From positions 166,070 through 230,069 of IMG/VR virus record IMGVR_UViG_3300028840_005860: a DNA stretch of 64,000 nt. The stretch is one strand, 5' to 3'. Below the pieces are notes generated by a model. That model did not search any database. It worked only from the letters and a program-made list of their open reading frames with translations, and was not told where the DNA came from. Below are positions 56,384 through 64,000 of the stretch, in pieces; the stretch's first letter is position 1; each line of letters opens with the position of its first letter. Both the position numbers and the translations under genes were made by a program.

Positions 56384-56572
56384 GGGAGCCCGACTCCAGG
56401 GAAACGCCCCATAGTTCGACTATAGGGGCGTTTGCCCTCGGTAAAACGTGAATAGATGGGCCCGTATGTGTACCGGAAGGGTTCGTGATCGGTAGCGTGA
56501 AAAGTGACCCCACGGTGGGGTCGGCCGGCGCGAACACCACCCCAACCCTGTAAACAAGGAGCAGAAGCACAG

Positions 56573-57232
56573 ATGCCAATGCTTGGACAGGCGAGCGGTG
56601 GATGGACCGAGTCAAGCGCCGCGCTGAGACTTCTCCACGTGCAGATCAGGAACGCCACGGGAGTCCTCACCGCGGACGGCTTCACTCAGGCCAACCCGCC
56701 CATCGTCACCACCGCGGGCACGATCTCGACGCAGGTCAACACCGGAGTCTCCGGCGTCCTCTCGGGATCCGTCGCCTTCACACGGCCCGACCAGGGCTCG
56801 AACTTCATCGGCGGCCCCGTCGAGCCGGGCGCCCCCGATGAGATCCTCATCCAGCCCCTCGGCGTGTTCGTGAACACGGCCGTCGGCAACGCGTACGAGA
56901 ACCAGCCGGGGCCCGCCTCGGGGAAGAACACGTACGTGTCGGCTTCGGGCACGTTCGGCAACCAGCTGTTCGAGACCGAGGCGCTGGCCGCGGCGGGCGC
57001 GCTCGCCGTGGGCGCGGACCTCATCTACACCGCCGGACAGCAGCTCGTCGCCTCCCGCAACGGGTACCTCATCATGAGGGTCACCACCCAGACGGGCGTG
57101 GCGATCTCACTGGACCTCGCGACCATCACCTCAGAGGTGGCAAACGGTGCCGCGGCGTCCACCACGCTGGCCATCCTCAAGATGCCGCCCGACTCGGAGC
57201 AGTTCGAGTTGGTCTACGACCAAAGGATCTAG
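56573..57232 (+). CDS. Head decoration/cement-like protein
   Basis: Gly/Ala/Thr-rich beta protein immediately upstream of the capsid gene; AAGGAG RBS. Confidence 0.6.
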   Translation: MPMLGQASGGWTESSAALRLLHVQIRNATGVLTADGFTQANPPIVTTAGTISTQVNTGVSGVLSGSVAFTRPDQGSNFIGGPVEPGAPDEILIQPLGVFVNTAVGNAYENQPGPASGKNTYVSASGTFGNQLFETEALAAAGALAVGADLIYTAGQQLVASRNGYLIMRVTTQTGVAISLDLATITSEVANGAAASTTLAILKMPPDSEQFELVYDQRI

Positions 57233-57247
57233 GAAAGGAGATAGAAG

Positions 57248-58126
57248 ATGCCTACTGGTGTTGACAACGCAGTAAAGCAGCGGCTGATCTCCGAGTACAT
57301 CCGGACTCCGGCAGGTCGTGCCAAGCTCGCAGCCTCCCTCACCCAGCCCCTCCGCACGCGGCGGGACTACACGTCGGTCGGTCGGAAGACCTTCCTCGTC
57401 GAGCAGCTGCCCGACGGGGCCCTCCCGATCTACGACAAGGACCCGGACGTCACCGCGTTCGTGGTGGGTGAAGAGGGCGAGAACATCATCGCGGTCACCA
57501 AGCCGCGCCGGGTCATCTTCCCGTTGTTCGAGATCGCGAGCAACCCGGAGATCCCGCTCACCCAGATCAAGGAGCGCCGCTTCGACCTCATCGAGCGTGC
57601 CCAGGACCTCGCGCGTGCGCAGATCCAGGCCGCTGAGGACGAGCGCGTGTTCGCCGTTCTCGATGCCATCGCGACCAACGGTTTCGACAGCATCGCCGGC
57701 GGGACGAACCCGGACATCCCGGTCGTCGCTCCCATCTCTGGTGCGGTACTCGCCGACGCCTTCGCACTCATCGAGCGCCACGACCTCAGGGTCGCTCGCG
57801 TGTACATGAATGCGCGGGACTACGCGGACATCCGCAAGTTCGGCAGGGACATCCTCGACATCGAGTCGCAGGCCACCCTGCTGAAGACTGGTCTCCAGGC
57901 CACCCTCTGGGGTGCCCAGGTGATCACCTCGCGCATCGTGCCGGCAGGCACGGTGTACGTGTGCTGCGAGCCCGAGATGTTCGGGCGCATCCCCGTGCGC
58001 ACCGAGCTGACTGTGCTCTCCGCCGACGATCCGAAGGCTCGAACCATTGGCTTCAGTGTGTTCGAAAACCTCGGCATAGGCGCGTATAACCCGCGTGGGT
58101 TGACTCGCCTCGTCGTCACGCGCTAG
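57248..58126 (+). CDS. Major capsid protein (HK97 fold)
   Basis: 292 aa; GRAKLAASL.QP.R.RRDY...GRK...LP.GA.P.YD, FEIASNP, AQIQAAED, NPRG; resembles the Bxz1/E3-type capsid family as recalled (not searched); strong RBS and downstream terminator. Confidence 0.88.
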   Translation: MPTGVDNAVKQRLISEYIRTPAGRAKLAASLTQPLRTRRDYTSVGRKTFLVEQLPDGALPIYDKDPDVTAFVVGEEGENIIAVTKPRRVIFPLFEIASNPEIPLTQIKERRFDLIERAQDLARAQIQAAEDERVFAVLDAIATNGFDSIAGGTNPDIPVVAPISGAVLADAFALIERHDLRVARVYMNARDYADIRKFGRDILDIESQATLLKTGLQATLWGAQVITSRIVPAGTVYVCCEPEMFGRIPVRTELTVLSADDPKARTIGFSVFENLGIGAYNPRGLTRLVVTR

Positions 58127-58140
58127 TCCAACTAGCCGCT

Positions 58141-58182
58141 AGAGACCCCGAAGGGCCGCGAGGTTCTTCGGGGTTTCTGTTT
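58141..58182 (+). terminator. Rho-independent terminator after the capsid gene
   Basis: AGAGACCCCGAAGGGCC-GCGA-GGTTCTTCGGGGTTTCT stem with GNRA loop and T-rich tail. Confidence 0.85.
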
Positions 58183-58292
58183 GGTCGGATGCCACGCTAC
58201 ACGGACAGACCAAAAAGCTCCACTAACGGATTCTGAAACACCGGAAGGCACGGTCTTGACGGCGAAGGTGTTGTTCGTCATGGTACCGAAAC

Positions 58293-61200
58293 ATGACGGA
58301 CGCGGCGGACCCTCGAAGATCTGGACGAACACGTAGGCGTGAGCAGAGACCGACACGCCCGGACATGGAGAGCCCGTTCTGGACGCGTGCCGTTGGGTTA
58401 GGGTTGCCTGAGGAGGAGCGAGACGGGTACGTCGCTCTGTTCGAGAGTCAGCAGGGCAAGAAGAAGCGTCACGGGTTGGTGACGGGGCTCGGACTCTCGC
58501 TGGAGGCGTGGCAGACGCTCGCTCACGAGTTCACGGACTTGGAGATGGGACGGGCTCTAGGGCTCCTCTCGGCTGCGGTGACCGTCTTTCGCAAGCGCCG
58601 GGGCATCAACACCCTGACGGCCCGACAGCGTCGTGAGAAGGCGCAGGGAGGGCGACGACGGTCGCTCGATGACCTCACCAAGGCCCAACTTGAGAGTCTG
58701 ATCGCCGAGATGCCTCTGAAGGCGGTGGCCGCCCTCTACGGGGTGGCGCCTCCCGCGATACGGGCTCGATGTCGTCGGTGGGACATTTACGTGCCCTCCA
58801 AGTCGGAGCGCGCCGTTTCCGACAAGACTCTGACCGAGGAACAGAAGCAGGCCGTCTGGGGGATGATGCTAGGCGACGGGCACCTGACCGAGACGGGCTA
58901 CTTTAGGCTGGCGCACGGCTACGAGCAGTACGAGTACCTGATGCACTGCCGAAAACTCCTCGCCTGCATCGCCCGGTCCGTGACCTACGACGAGTCGGTG
59001 AAGGACAACGGCACGCTGTATCACGAGTTCTCCTTTCGGACGGACAACCATCCGTGGCTCAGGATGCAGCGCCCGCTCTGGTATCCGAACGGTTCGAGGA
59101 CGAAACGGCCGCTCCCCGAGGTGATCGACCGCCTCAGCCCGTTCGGTCTGGCCCTTTGGTTCATGGACGACGGTCATCGGGGGGACGTGGCTTCGTTCGC
59201 CGTAGGCGACGTGCCGTTTGATTTGGCCGAGGAGGTCGCCAGACGGACCGCGGCTCGCTTCGGGATCGAGACGTACATCAAGCCGCACAGTCGTCACACG
59301 ACCTGCAAGAGTTTGGCGATCCGCGGCGCGAGCCTCGACAGGTTTTTCTCTCTCATAAGGGACTACGTTCCGAACAACCTGTTGCACAAGCTGCCCGCTT
59401 CTTACTGGAAGGAGGGCACGCGCGCTGAGGGTCGTGTGGACGAGACGGACGGGCGCCTGTTCCCGAGAAGCGTTGCCGCACGCAGCAGAGACTACGAGAC
59501 CTTAGACGACCAGGAACGGGAGATTCTCGTGGACGAGGTGGTGGAGTACTGGCGCCGAGAGGGGTTTCCCTTTCACGAGCCTCGCGTGCGAGACCTGAGG
59601 ACGCTGGTGAACGTGACGGGGCGCCAGGCATTGAAGGGAGACCTGCTGCGGGCGTGGCAGGTGGGGCAGTCGTCCTGTCTGGCTTTCCAGCCCCATTACT
59701 GGGAAACGCCGGTTCACGGGCGAGAGGGCGAGACGCCGCTTGAGAGGTTCGGACGCGACGACGATCTGCGGAGGGAGATTCTGCGACTCCTCACGAAGGG
59801 GCGCGTTCCGAATGGTGCTCGTCTGAGGTCGGCCCTAGCGGGATCTCACAACTCGGTGTCGAACTTTCGTCCGAGCTCCGCGAAGGTTCTGGTGGAACGG
59901 TTCTGTCCCACGGGAGGCACAGTGTGGGACCCTTGCGCTGGCTGGGGCGGCCGTCTTCTGGGAGCTACGATGGCCTCCTGCATGCCGCGGTACGTCGCGT
60001 GCGAACCGCAGCCCTTGACGTTGCAGGGGTTGCGCGCGCTCGTTGACTGGCTGGGGCGGTTCGTGCCGGGTGCCGAAGAACGAGTCGAGCTCCACGCGGC
60101 CCCCGCGGAAGACTTCGAGCCGCCTTCTGGTCTTGACCTTGTCTTCACGAGTCCTCCGTATTTCAAGAAGGAGGTCTACGGGCACGAGGACACGCAGTCG
60201 TGGGTCCGTTATCCGAGCTACAGGGAGTGGATCGAGGGTTTCCTGGCTCCGGTCATGGTCAGGGCTCGCGATAGGCTCAGGCCCGGCGGCTGGCTCGTGC
60301 TCAACGTCGCGGACGTCACCATCGAAGGAAATCGCTATCCTCTCGTAGCGGACGCGAGGCGCGTGGCCGAGGAACTCGGACTCGGGGAGCCTGAGATCCT
60401 TCGCTACGAGCTCCCGTCGCTGCTCGGGGACGACCGCGAGGAGCCCGTCCTCTGTTGGTCGAAGTCAAGGGAGGCCACGCACCATCTCGGAGGTCCAGGG
60501 TTGCAGCTCGTCATGTGCGAGAAGTGTGGTCGGGTCACGGACCATCGGGTGCTTCGCGCTGGGATCTGCCCCTCCTGTGATGCGAAGGTCGTACGCTGTC
60601 AGTACCCGGGTTGTGGAAAGGACCTCCCCGGCGCCATCGCGACCCGCAGGTACTGTGATGACTGCGCCAGGAGGATCGACGCCGAACGGGCTCGGGATCG
60701 TCGGCGCGTCCTCCGGGAAAGGGTCCCCGTCAGAGTAATCAGGAAGTTTACCTGTACATGCGGGGTCGAATTCGAAGTACCAACGGACGGAGGGCGCCCC
60801 CGTGCATGCCCTTCCTGCACGAGCGCCCGCAAGGCCGAGGAGGCCGAAGCCGAGATCCGACGTCGCACCAAGACCTGCGCCTACCGACACTGTGATCGCG
60901 CGTTCGTAGATCATAGTCCGAGGAACAGTGCGAAATTCTGTCACGAGGAGCATCGGCGACGTGAGAAGGCATTTCGAACTGGTCGTGTTACCAGCGTAAA
61001 GGACTTCCGCAAGTCCGATCCCGTGTTGGACGAGAGGCCGTCCTCGGCGATCCACACCTGCAAGGGATGCGGAAACCCCTTCGAGTTGCCGAAGGGATCA
61101 CAGAGAACGCGATGTTCCGACTGCGAAGCCGAAGCGCGGAAGAAGGTCTGCAAGACGGAAGGCTGCGAGACGGAGTTTCACGACGAGTCCGAGCGCAACA

Positions 61201-61436
61201 ATCGGCGCTACTGTGAGGCTTGTCAGGCGAAGACGTCGGGACGGACGGGCAAGAGGAGGACAATCCAACGCAAACTCGATCCCGACAGGCTCGCCGTTCT
61301 CGCGGCTGCGGGCGTGCCTATCAAGAAGATGGCTGAGGTGTTGGGGGTAGGTGCTTCGACGCTCGATCGGTATCTCCGCAAGCACGGCATCGAGCACCCA
61401 CGGACGGGGGGCAACCCGAAGCACCGAGGCGCCTGA
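58293..61436 (+). CDS. Fusion: HTH + LAGLIDADG endonuclease + amino-DNA methyltransferase + zinc ribbons + HTH
   Basis: WGMMLGDG and LALWFMDDG; NFRP, WDPCAGWGGR (motif I), FTSPPYF (motif IV); many CxxC pairs; C-terminal IKKMAEVLGVGASTL. Confidence 0.85.
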   Translation: MTDAADPRRSGRTRRREQRPTRPDMESPFWTRAVGLGLPEEERDGYVALFESQQGKKKRHGLVTGLGLSLEAWQTLAHEFTDLEMGRALGLLSAAVTVFRKRRGINTLTARQRREKAQGGRRRSLDDLTKAQLESLIAEMPLKAVAALYGVAPPAIRARCRRWDIYVPSKSERAVSDKTLTEEQKQAVWGMMLGDGHLTETGYFRLAHGYEQYEYLMHCRKLLACIARSVTYDESVKDNGTLYHEFSFRTDNHPWLRMQRPLWYPNGSRTKRPLPEVIDRLSPFGLALWFMDDGHRGDVASFAVGDVPFDLAEEVARRTAARFGIETYIKPHSRHTTCKSLAIRGASLDRFFSLIRDYVPNNLLHKLPASYWKEGTRAEGRVDETDGRLFPRSVAARSRDYETLDDQEREILVDEVVEYWRREGFPFHEPRVRDLRTLVNVTGRQALKGDLLRAWQVGQSSCLAFQPHYWETPVHGREGETPLERFGRDDDLRREILRLLTKGRVPNGARLRSALAGSHNSVSNFRPSSAKVLVERFCPTGGTVWDPCAGWGGRLLGATMASCMPRYVACEPQPLTLQGLRALVDWLGRFVPGAEERVELHAAPAEDFEPPSGLDLVFTSPPYFKKEVYGHEDTQSWVRYPSYREWIEGFLAPVMVRARDRLRPGGWLVLNVADVTIEGNRYPLVADARRVAEELGLGEPEILRYELPSLLGDDREEPVLCWSKSREATHHLGGPGLQLVMCEKCGRVTDHRVLRAGICPSCDAKVVRCQYPGCGKDLPGAIATRRYCDDCARRIDAERARDRRRVLRERVPVRVIRKFTCTCGVEFEVPTDGGRPRACPSCTSARKAEEAEAEIRRRTKTCAYRHCDRAFVDHSPRNSAKFCHEEHRRREKAFRTGRVTSVKDFRKSDPVLDERPSSAIHTCKGCGNPFELPKGSQRTRCSDCEAEARKKVCKTEGCETEFHDESERNNRRYCEACQAKTSGRTGKRRTIQRKLDPDRLAVLAAAGVPIKKMAEVLGVGASTLDRYLRKHGIEHPRTGGNPKHRGA

Positions 61437-61457
61437 CGGGGTATAAGGGTCGAGATG
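61414..61457 (+). repeat. Junction repeat copy 1 (stop codon + promoter-like GGGGTATAAG + ATG)
   Basis: ACCCGAAGCACCGAGGCGCCTGACGGGGTATAAGGGTCGAGATG. Confidence 0.93.
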
Positions 61458-61655
61458 GAGCTGTCTGAACGCGTGCGGAGCATGGGGGACGACGAGCTCG
61501 AGCGGGTGATCGCGAAACTCGAGACCGAGCGGGGGACCTGGCACGACGAGCTGGAACGCGACGGTCTCGTCGCCCTCCTGCGGCTGGAGCAGAAGAGACG
61601 AGACGGCACCGAGACGCATCCGACGAAACACGAGGACCGAGATGACCGACCCTGA
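61455..61655 (+). CDS. Small hypothetical protein (paralogue at 63930)
   Basis: MELSERVRSMGDDELER vs MELSERIRSMTDDELER. Confidence 0.75.
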   Translation: MELSERVRSMGDDELERVIAKLETERGTWHDELERDGLVALLRLEQKRRDGTETHPTKHEDRDDRP

Positions 61656-62457
61656 CGTGCCGGTTGACGAACGAGATGCCTGTCGGATCCTTCAGGAGTT
61701 CTATCGGGAGCGGGGCCACCGTCCTTCGTGCGGCGACCTCAGGGAACTCGACAGGGCACTCAGGCGACGGGGAACTTCCCTCTTCGTCCTGTGCAACGAC
61801 ATGGGGTTTCCGGAGACGTACCGCACCCAAGAGCGAGGCTGGACGAGACGGAAGGCTCAAGAAAAGGTGTTCCAGTTCCATGCGAGTCACGGAAGACGCC
61901 CGAGTTGTAAGGAGATGGGATCGCTTCCAACCTGGCTCAAGTACCATCTCGACGAGACGCTGAGCGACTTCTGCAACGAGATCGGCATCCCGGAGGACCA
62001 ACCCCTCCGAACTCGGGACTCGATCCGGGCAGATGTTCAAGCGTTCTATGACGAGCATGGCCACCGTCCGACTCAGAGGGACTTCAAGAACCATGACGAC
62101 TGGCTCCAGAAGCAGGGGAGTTCCATCTCGAGGATGTGTGACGAGATGGGCCTGGTCGGAGACCGATTCGGACGGAGGAGGAGACGCAGCGAGAAGGAGA
62201 TCGAGCAGCGCGTGCGGGCCTTCTACACCGAGCACGGTCGGCGTCCCACCCAGGCTGACCTTCCAGGCGACAACAGATGGCTCCACAGGATCTTGGGGAG
62301 TTCGCTCCCGAAGCTCTGTGATGCAATGGGGTTTCCTCGAAGTCCCCCAACGCGTCGCCGACCCCCAGCTCGGATCATGGAGGCGATGAGGACCGAGATC
62401 CGGGAGTTCTTCGACCAACACGATCCCTCGACAGACCCGAAGCACCGAGGCGCCTGA
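61642..62457 (+). CDS. Protein of four ~55-aa helical repeats (homing-endonuclease-associated repeat-like)
   Basis: F[YH]xxxGxRP...[WA]L...[ST][LI]..[LFM]Cxx[MI]G four times. Confidence 0.75.
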   Translation: MTDPDVPVDERDACRILQEFYRERGHRPSCGDLRELDRALRRRGTSLFVLCNDMGFPETYRTQERGWTRRKAQEKVFQFHASHGRRPSCKEMGSLPTWLKYHLDETLSDFCNEIGIPEDQPLRTRDSIRADVQAFYDEHGHRPTQRDFKNHDDWLQKQGSSISRMCDEMGLVGDRFGRRRRRSEKEIEQRVRAFYTEHGRRPTQADLPGDNRWLHRILGSSLPKLCDAMGFPRSPPTRRRPPARIMEAMRTEIREFFDQHDPSTDPKHRGA

Positions 62458-62478
62458 CGGGGTAGAAGGATCGAGATG
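62435..62478 (+). repeat. Junction repeat copy 2
   Basis: ACCCGAAGCACCGAGGCGCCTGACGGGGTAGAAGGATCGAGATG (42/44 identical to copy 1). Confidence 0.93.
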
Positions 62479-62664
62479 GCCCACCTCGAGTTCCGTTGCC
62501 GGTATTGCGCCTCGCTGATGAACGTGAGCGCGGCGTCCTACGCGGAGAACCCTTGGTGTGTGAACTGCCTGGACGAGCGCATGGCAAGGGCGGCTGCCGA
62601 AAATCCGCTCATCGGCTGGCGCGTGGAGGGCGACTACATGGTTCCGATCTGGAGGGACGACTGA
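62476..62664 (+). CDS. Small zinc-ribbon protein
   Basis: CRYC...CVNC; starts at the ATG of the repeat. Confidence 0.7.
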   Translation: MAHLEFRCRYCASLMNVSAASYAENPWCVNCLDERMARAAAENPLIGWRVEGDYMVPIWRDD

Positions 62665-62689
62665 CCCGAGGCACCGAGGCGCCTGACGG
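62664..62689 (+). repeat. Junction repeat, left half only
   Basis: ACCCGAGGCACCGAGGCGCCTGACGG. Confidence 0.9.
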
Positions 62690-62880
62690 CTGCGCTAACA
62701 GCGCACTCCCTTTTGGAGTACAAGGGAGGAAGGCGCCGGGAGTGCCTGCCGTTCGCGCCTCCTCCGGGGGCATGGTGAAACTTCCTGGAATCCTGAGTCT
62801 CCTGGTCGCTGACCGTTTCCCGAGACCCAGCCCCCGCAACGCGAACACGGAGCCCTGACGGGTCTCAAGGAAAGGATCAA
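62690..62880 (+). ncRNA. Candidate structured leader RNA
   Basis: Non-coding gap with several complementary pairs (TGCGC/GCGCA, GCACTCCC/GGGAGTGC, GGAGG..GGCG/CGCCTCCTCC, GAGACCC/GGGTCTC). Confidence 0.4.
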
Positions 62881-62885
62881 CGATC

Positions 62886-63911
62886 ATGGACGGGAAAAAT
62901 TCGTCTACCGCTCCTCTCAAGACCCAGGCCAAGGCGCTTCGCAAGTATCTGGCCGAGCAAGGTGTCGAGCTCGGGCACTCGAAGTGCCTCGAGGCCGTCG
63001 CACGAACCCAGGGATTCAAGAACTGGGACACGGCGTCGGCCCGCGTGAAAGGGGGTGAGGGGGTTCTTGGAGAGTCCGAGTTTGACGCCCGTCGCCCCGC
63101 GGGGGCACGTGGAGTTCTCGAGGCCGGCGAGGAGGGGCACGTCGTTCGCGTGTTCGTGGACGATCAGGAAGTACTCGGCCAGCTCGTGGACGCGGGGGTG
63201 AGTTTGACCGGCTCGCGTACTCTCCGTTTCGATCGGGAGACCGAGATTCCCCTTCCAGAGCAGGGGGCTCGCGTCCTGCTCCGCGTGGGGAACGAGGTCG
63301 TTGAGCGCGGGGTGGGGGGCGCAAGGTCGGCGCACGGCGAGACCGAGGTGCGGTTCTTCGAGGTAGACGACCTCGCGGAGGACATGCCAGCCCACGTGTT
63401 CGCCAGGTATGACTGTCTGCTCCCCGTATCTCTCCCCGGAAACGATCTCCGTGATCAATTAAAGCACTGGCCTCCAGGTCGCGCCTTCCTGTGGCTCGCC
63501 AAGCGGTACGACGCGGCCGCCGCTCAGTGTCGCCGTGTCGGAGGGGTCCTGAAGGAACTTTCGGACATCGAGATTCGCGCCGACGGACACGACATCGTCA
63601 TCTCTGCCTCTAGCGAAGCGCTGGAGCCTCTGCGGGACGAGGGGGTCCTGCAAAGGAGTCCGGAGGAGCAGCAGGAATCCTGGGAAACGAAGGAAGCGTT
63701 CTCCGCGGCCCTGCCTACAGAGATGACGGAGCTGGGTTTGCCATTCAGTCTCTCCGACGTGCTCAAGTGGTTCGAGAACAGGTACGAGGAACTCTGCGGA
63801 CTGAACCCGGCTTGGGTTCGCCTTCAGCTCGAGAACATGACCCGAGAGGGCCTGCTTCAGGATGTCGGTGACGGGAAGTACGTGGTCAAGGACGAGAGCG
63901 CAGATACCTGA
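62886..63911 (+). CDS. Protein with N-terminal Glyoxalase_8-like (glyoxalase superfamily protein) helical domain
   Basis: LKTQAKALRKYL...G.EL.HSKCLEAVAR..GFKNWDT. Confidence 0.7.
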   Translation: MDGKNSSTAPLKTQAKALRKYLAEQGVELGHSKCLEAVARTQGFKNWDTASARVKGGEGVLGESEFDARRPAGARGVLEAGEEGHVVRVFVDDQEVLGQLVDAGVSLTGSRTLRFDRETEIPLPEQGARVLLRVGNEVVERGVGGARSAHGETEVRFFEVDDLAEDMPAHVFARYDCLLPVSLPGNDLRDQLKHWPPGRAFLWLAKRYDAAAAQCRRVGGVLKELSDIEIRADGHDIVISASSEALEPLRDEGVLQRSPEEQQESWETKEAFSAALPTEMTELGLPFSLSDVLKWFENRYEELCGLNPAWVRLQLENMTREGLLQDVGDGKYVVKDESADT

Positions 63912-63932
63912 AGGGGTATAAGGACCGAGATG
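63907..63932 (+). repeat. Junction repeat, right half only
   Basis: CCTGAAGGGGTATAAGGACCGAGATG. Confidence 0.85.
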
Positions 63933-64000
63933 GAGTTGTCCGAGCGCATCAGGAGCATGACCGACGACGAGCTCGAGCGCGCGGCGGCGAAGTTGGAGGC
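63930..64000 (+). CDS. Small hypothetical protein, paralogue of 61455..61655 (runs off the window)
   Basis: MELSERIRSMTDDELERAAAKLE. Confidence 0.7.
   Translation, partial: MELSERIRSMTDDELERAAAKLE

Noticed and set aside
57248-58126. Encapsulin with ferritin cargo
   Set aside because: Terminase, portal, protease and scaffold context identify a phage capsid gene.
61414-63932. Junction repeats as a CRISPR array
   Set aside because: Spacing is 0.2-1.2 kb and contains genes; no cas operon.
1-64000. tRNA/rRNA genes, reverse transcriptase/DGR, integrase
   Set aside because: None recognised in the intergenic gaps or ORFs by eye; tRNAscan/Infernal were not run.

Overview
A GC-rich (roughly two-thirds GC by eye) segment of a large tailed dsDNA phage genome, almost entirely coded on the + strand. 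1-23.3 kb is a replication/recombination module: class II ribonucleotide reductase, RecD2-like helicase, UvsY-like and SSB-like proteins, RuvC, RecA, an SbcC/Rad50 split into two genes plus SbcD/Mre11, a Pol-beta-family nucleotidyltransferase, a PD-(D/E)XK nuclease, beta clamp, primase core and DnaX. A NusG paralogue and a tandem sigma-region-4 protein mark the switch to a head-morphogenesis module (24.5-58.1 kb): terminase, portal, prohead protease, scaffold, decoration protein and HK97-fold major capsid protein. An accessory region with repeat-bounded gene cassettes follows (58.3-64 kb). Four inteins (helicase, nucleotidyltransferase, portal, protease) and two free-standing endonuclease genes are present, one of which splits a CCA-adding enzyme into two ORFs. 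The best candidate for an undescribed system is a capsid-cargo polyprotein system. Very large head-module proteins string together unrelated enzymes (Ntn hydrolase, topoisomerase IB, GNAT; 2H phosphoesterase, CCA-adding enzyme), joined by recurring [KR]-x-A linkers and an RVAxR[YWFH]-type helix that also occur in the scaffold or other head proteins. This suggests capsid targeting and release by the prohead protease. All calls come from motif recognition by eye; no searches were run.
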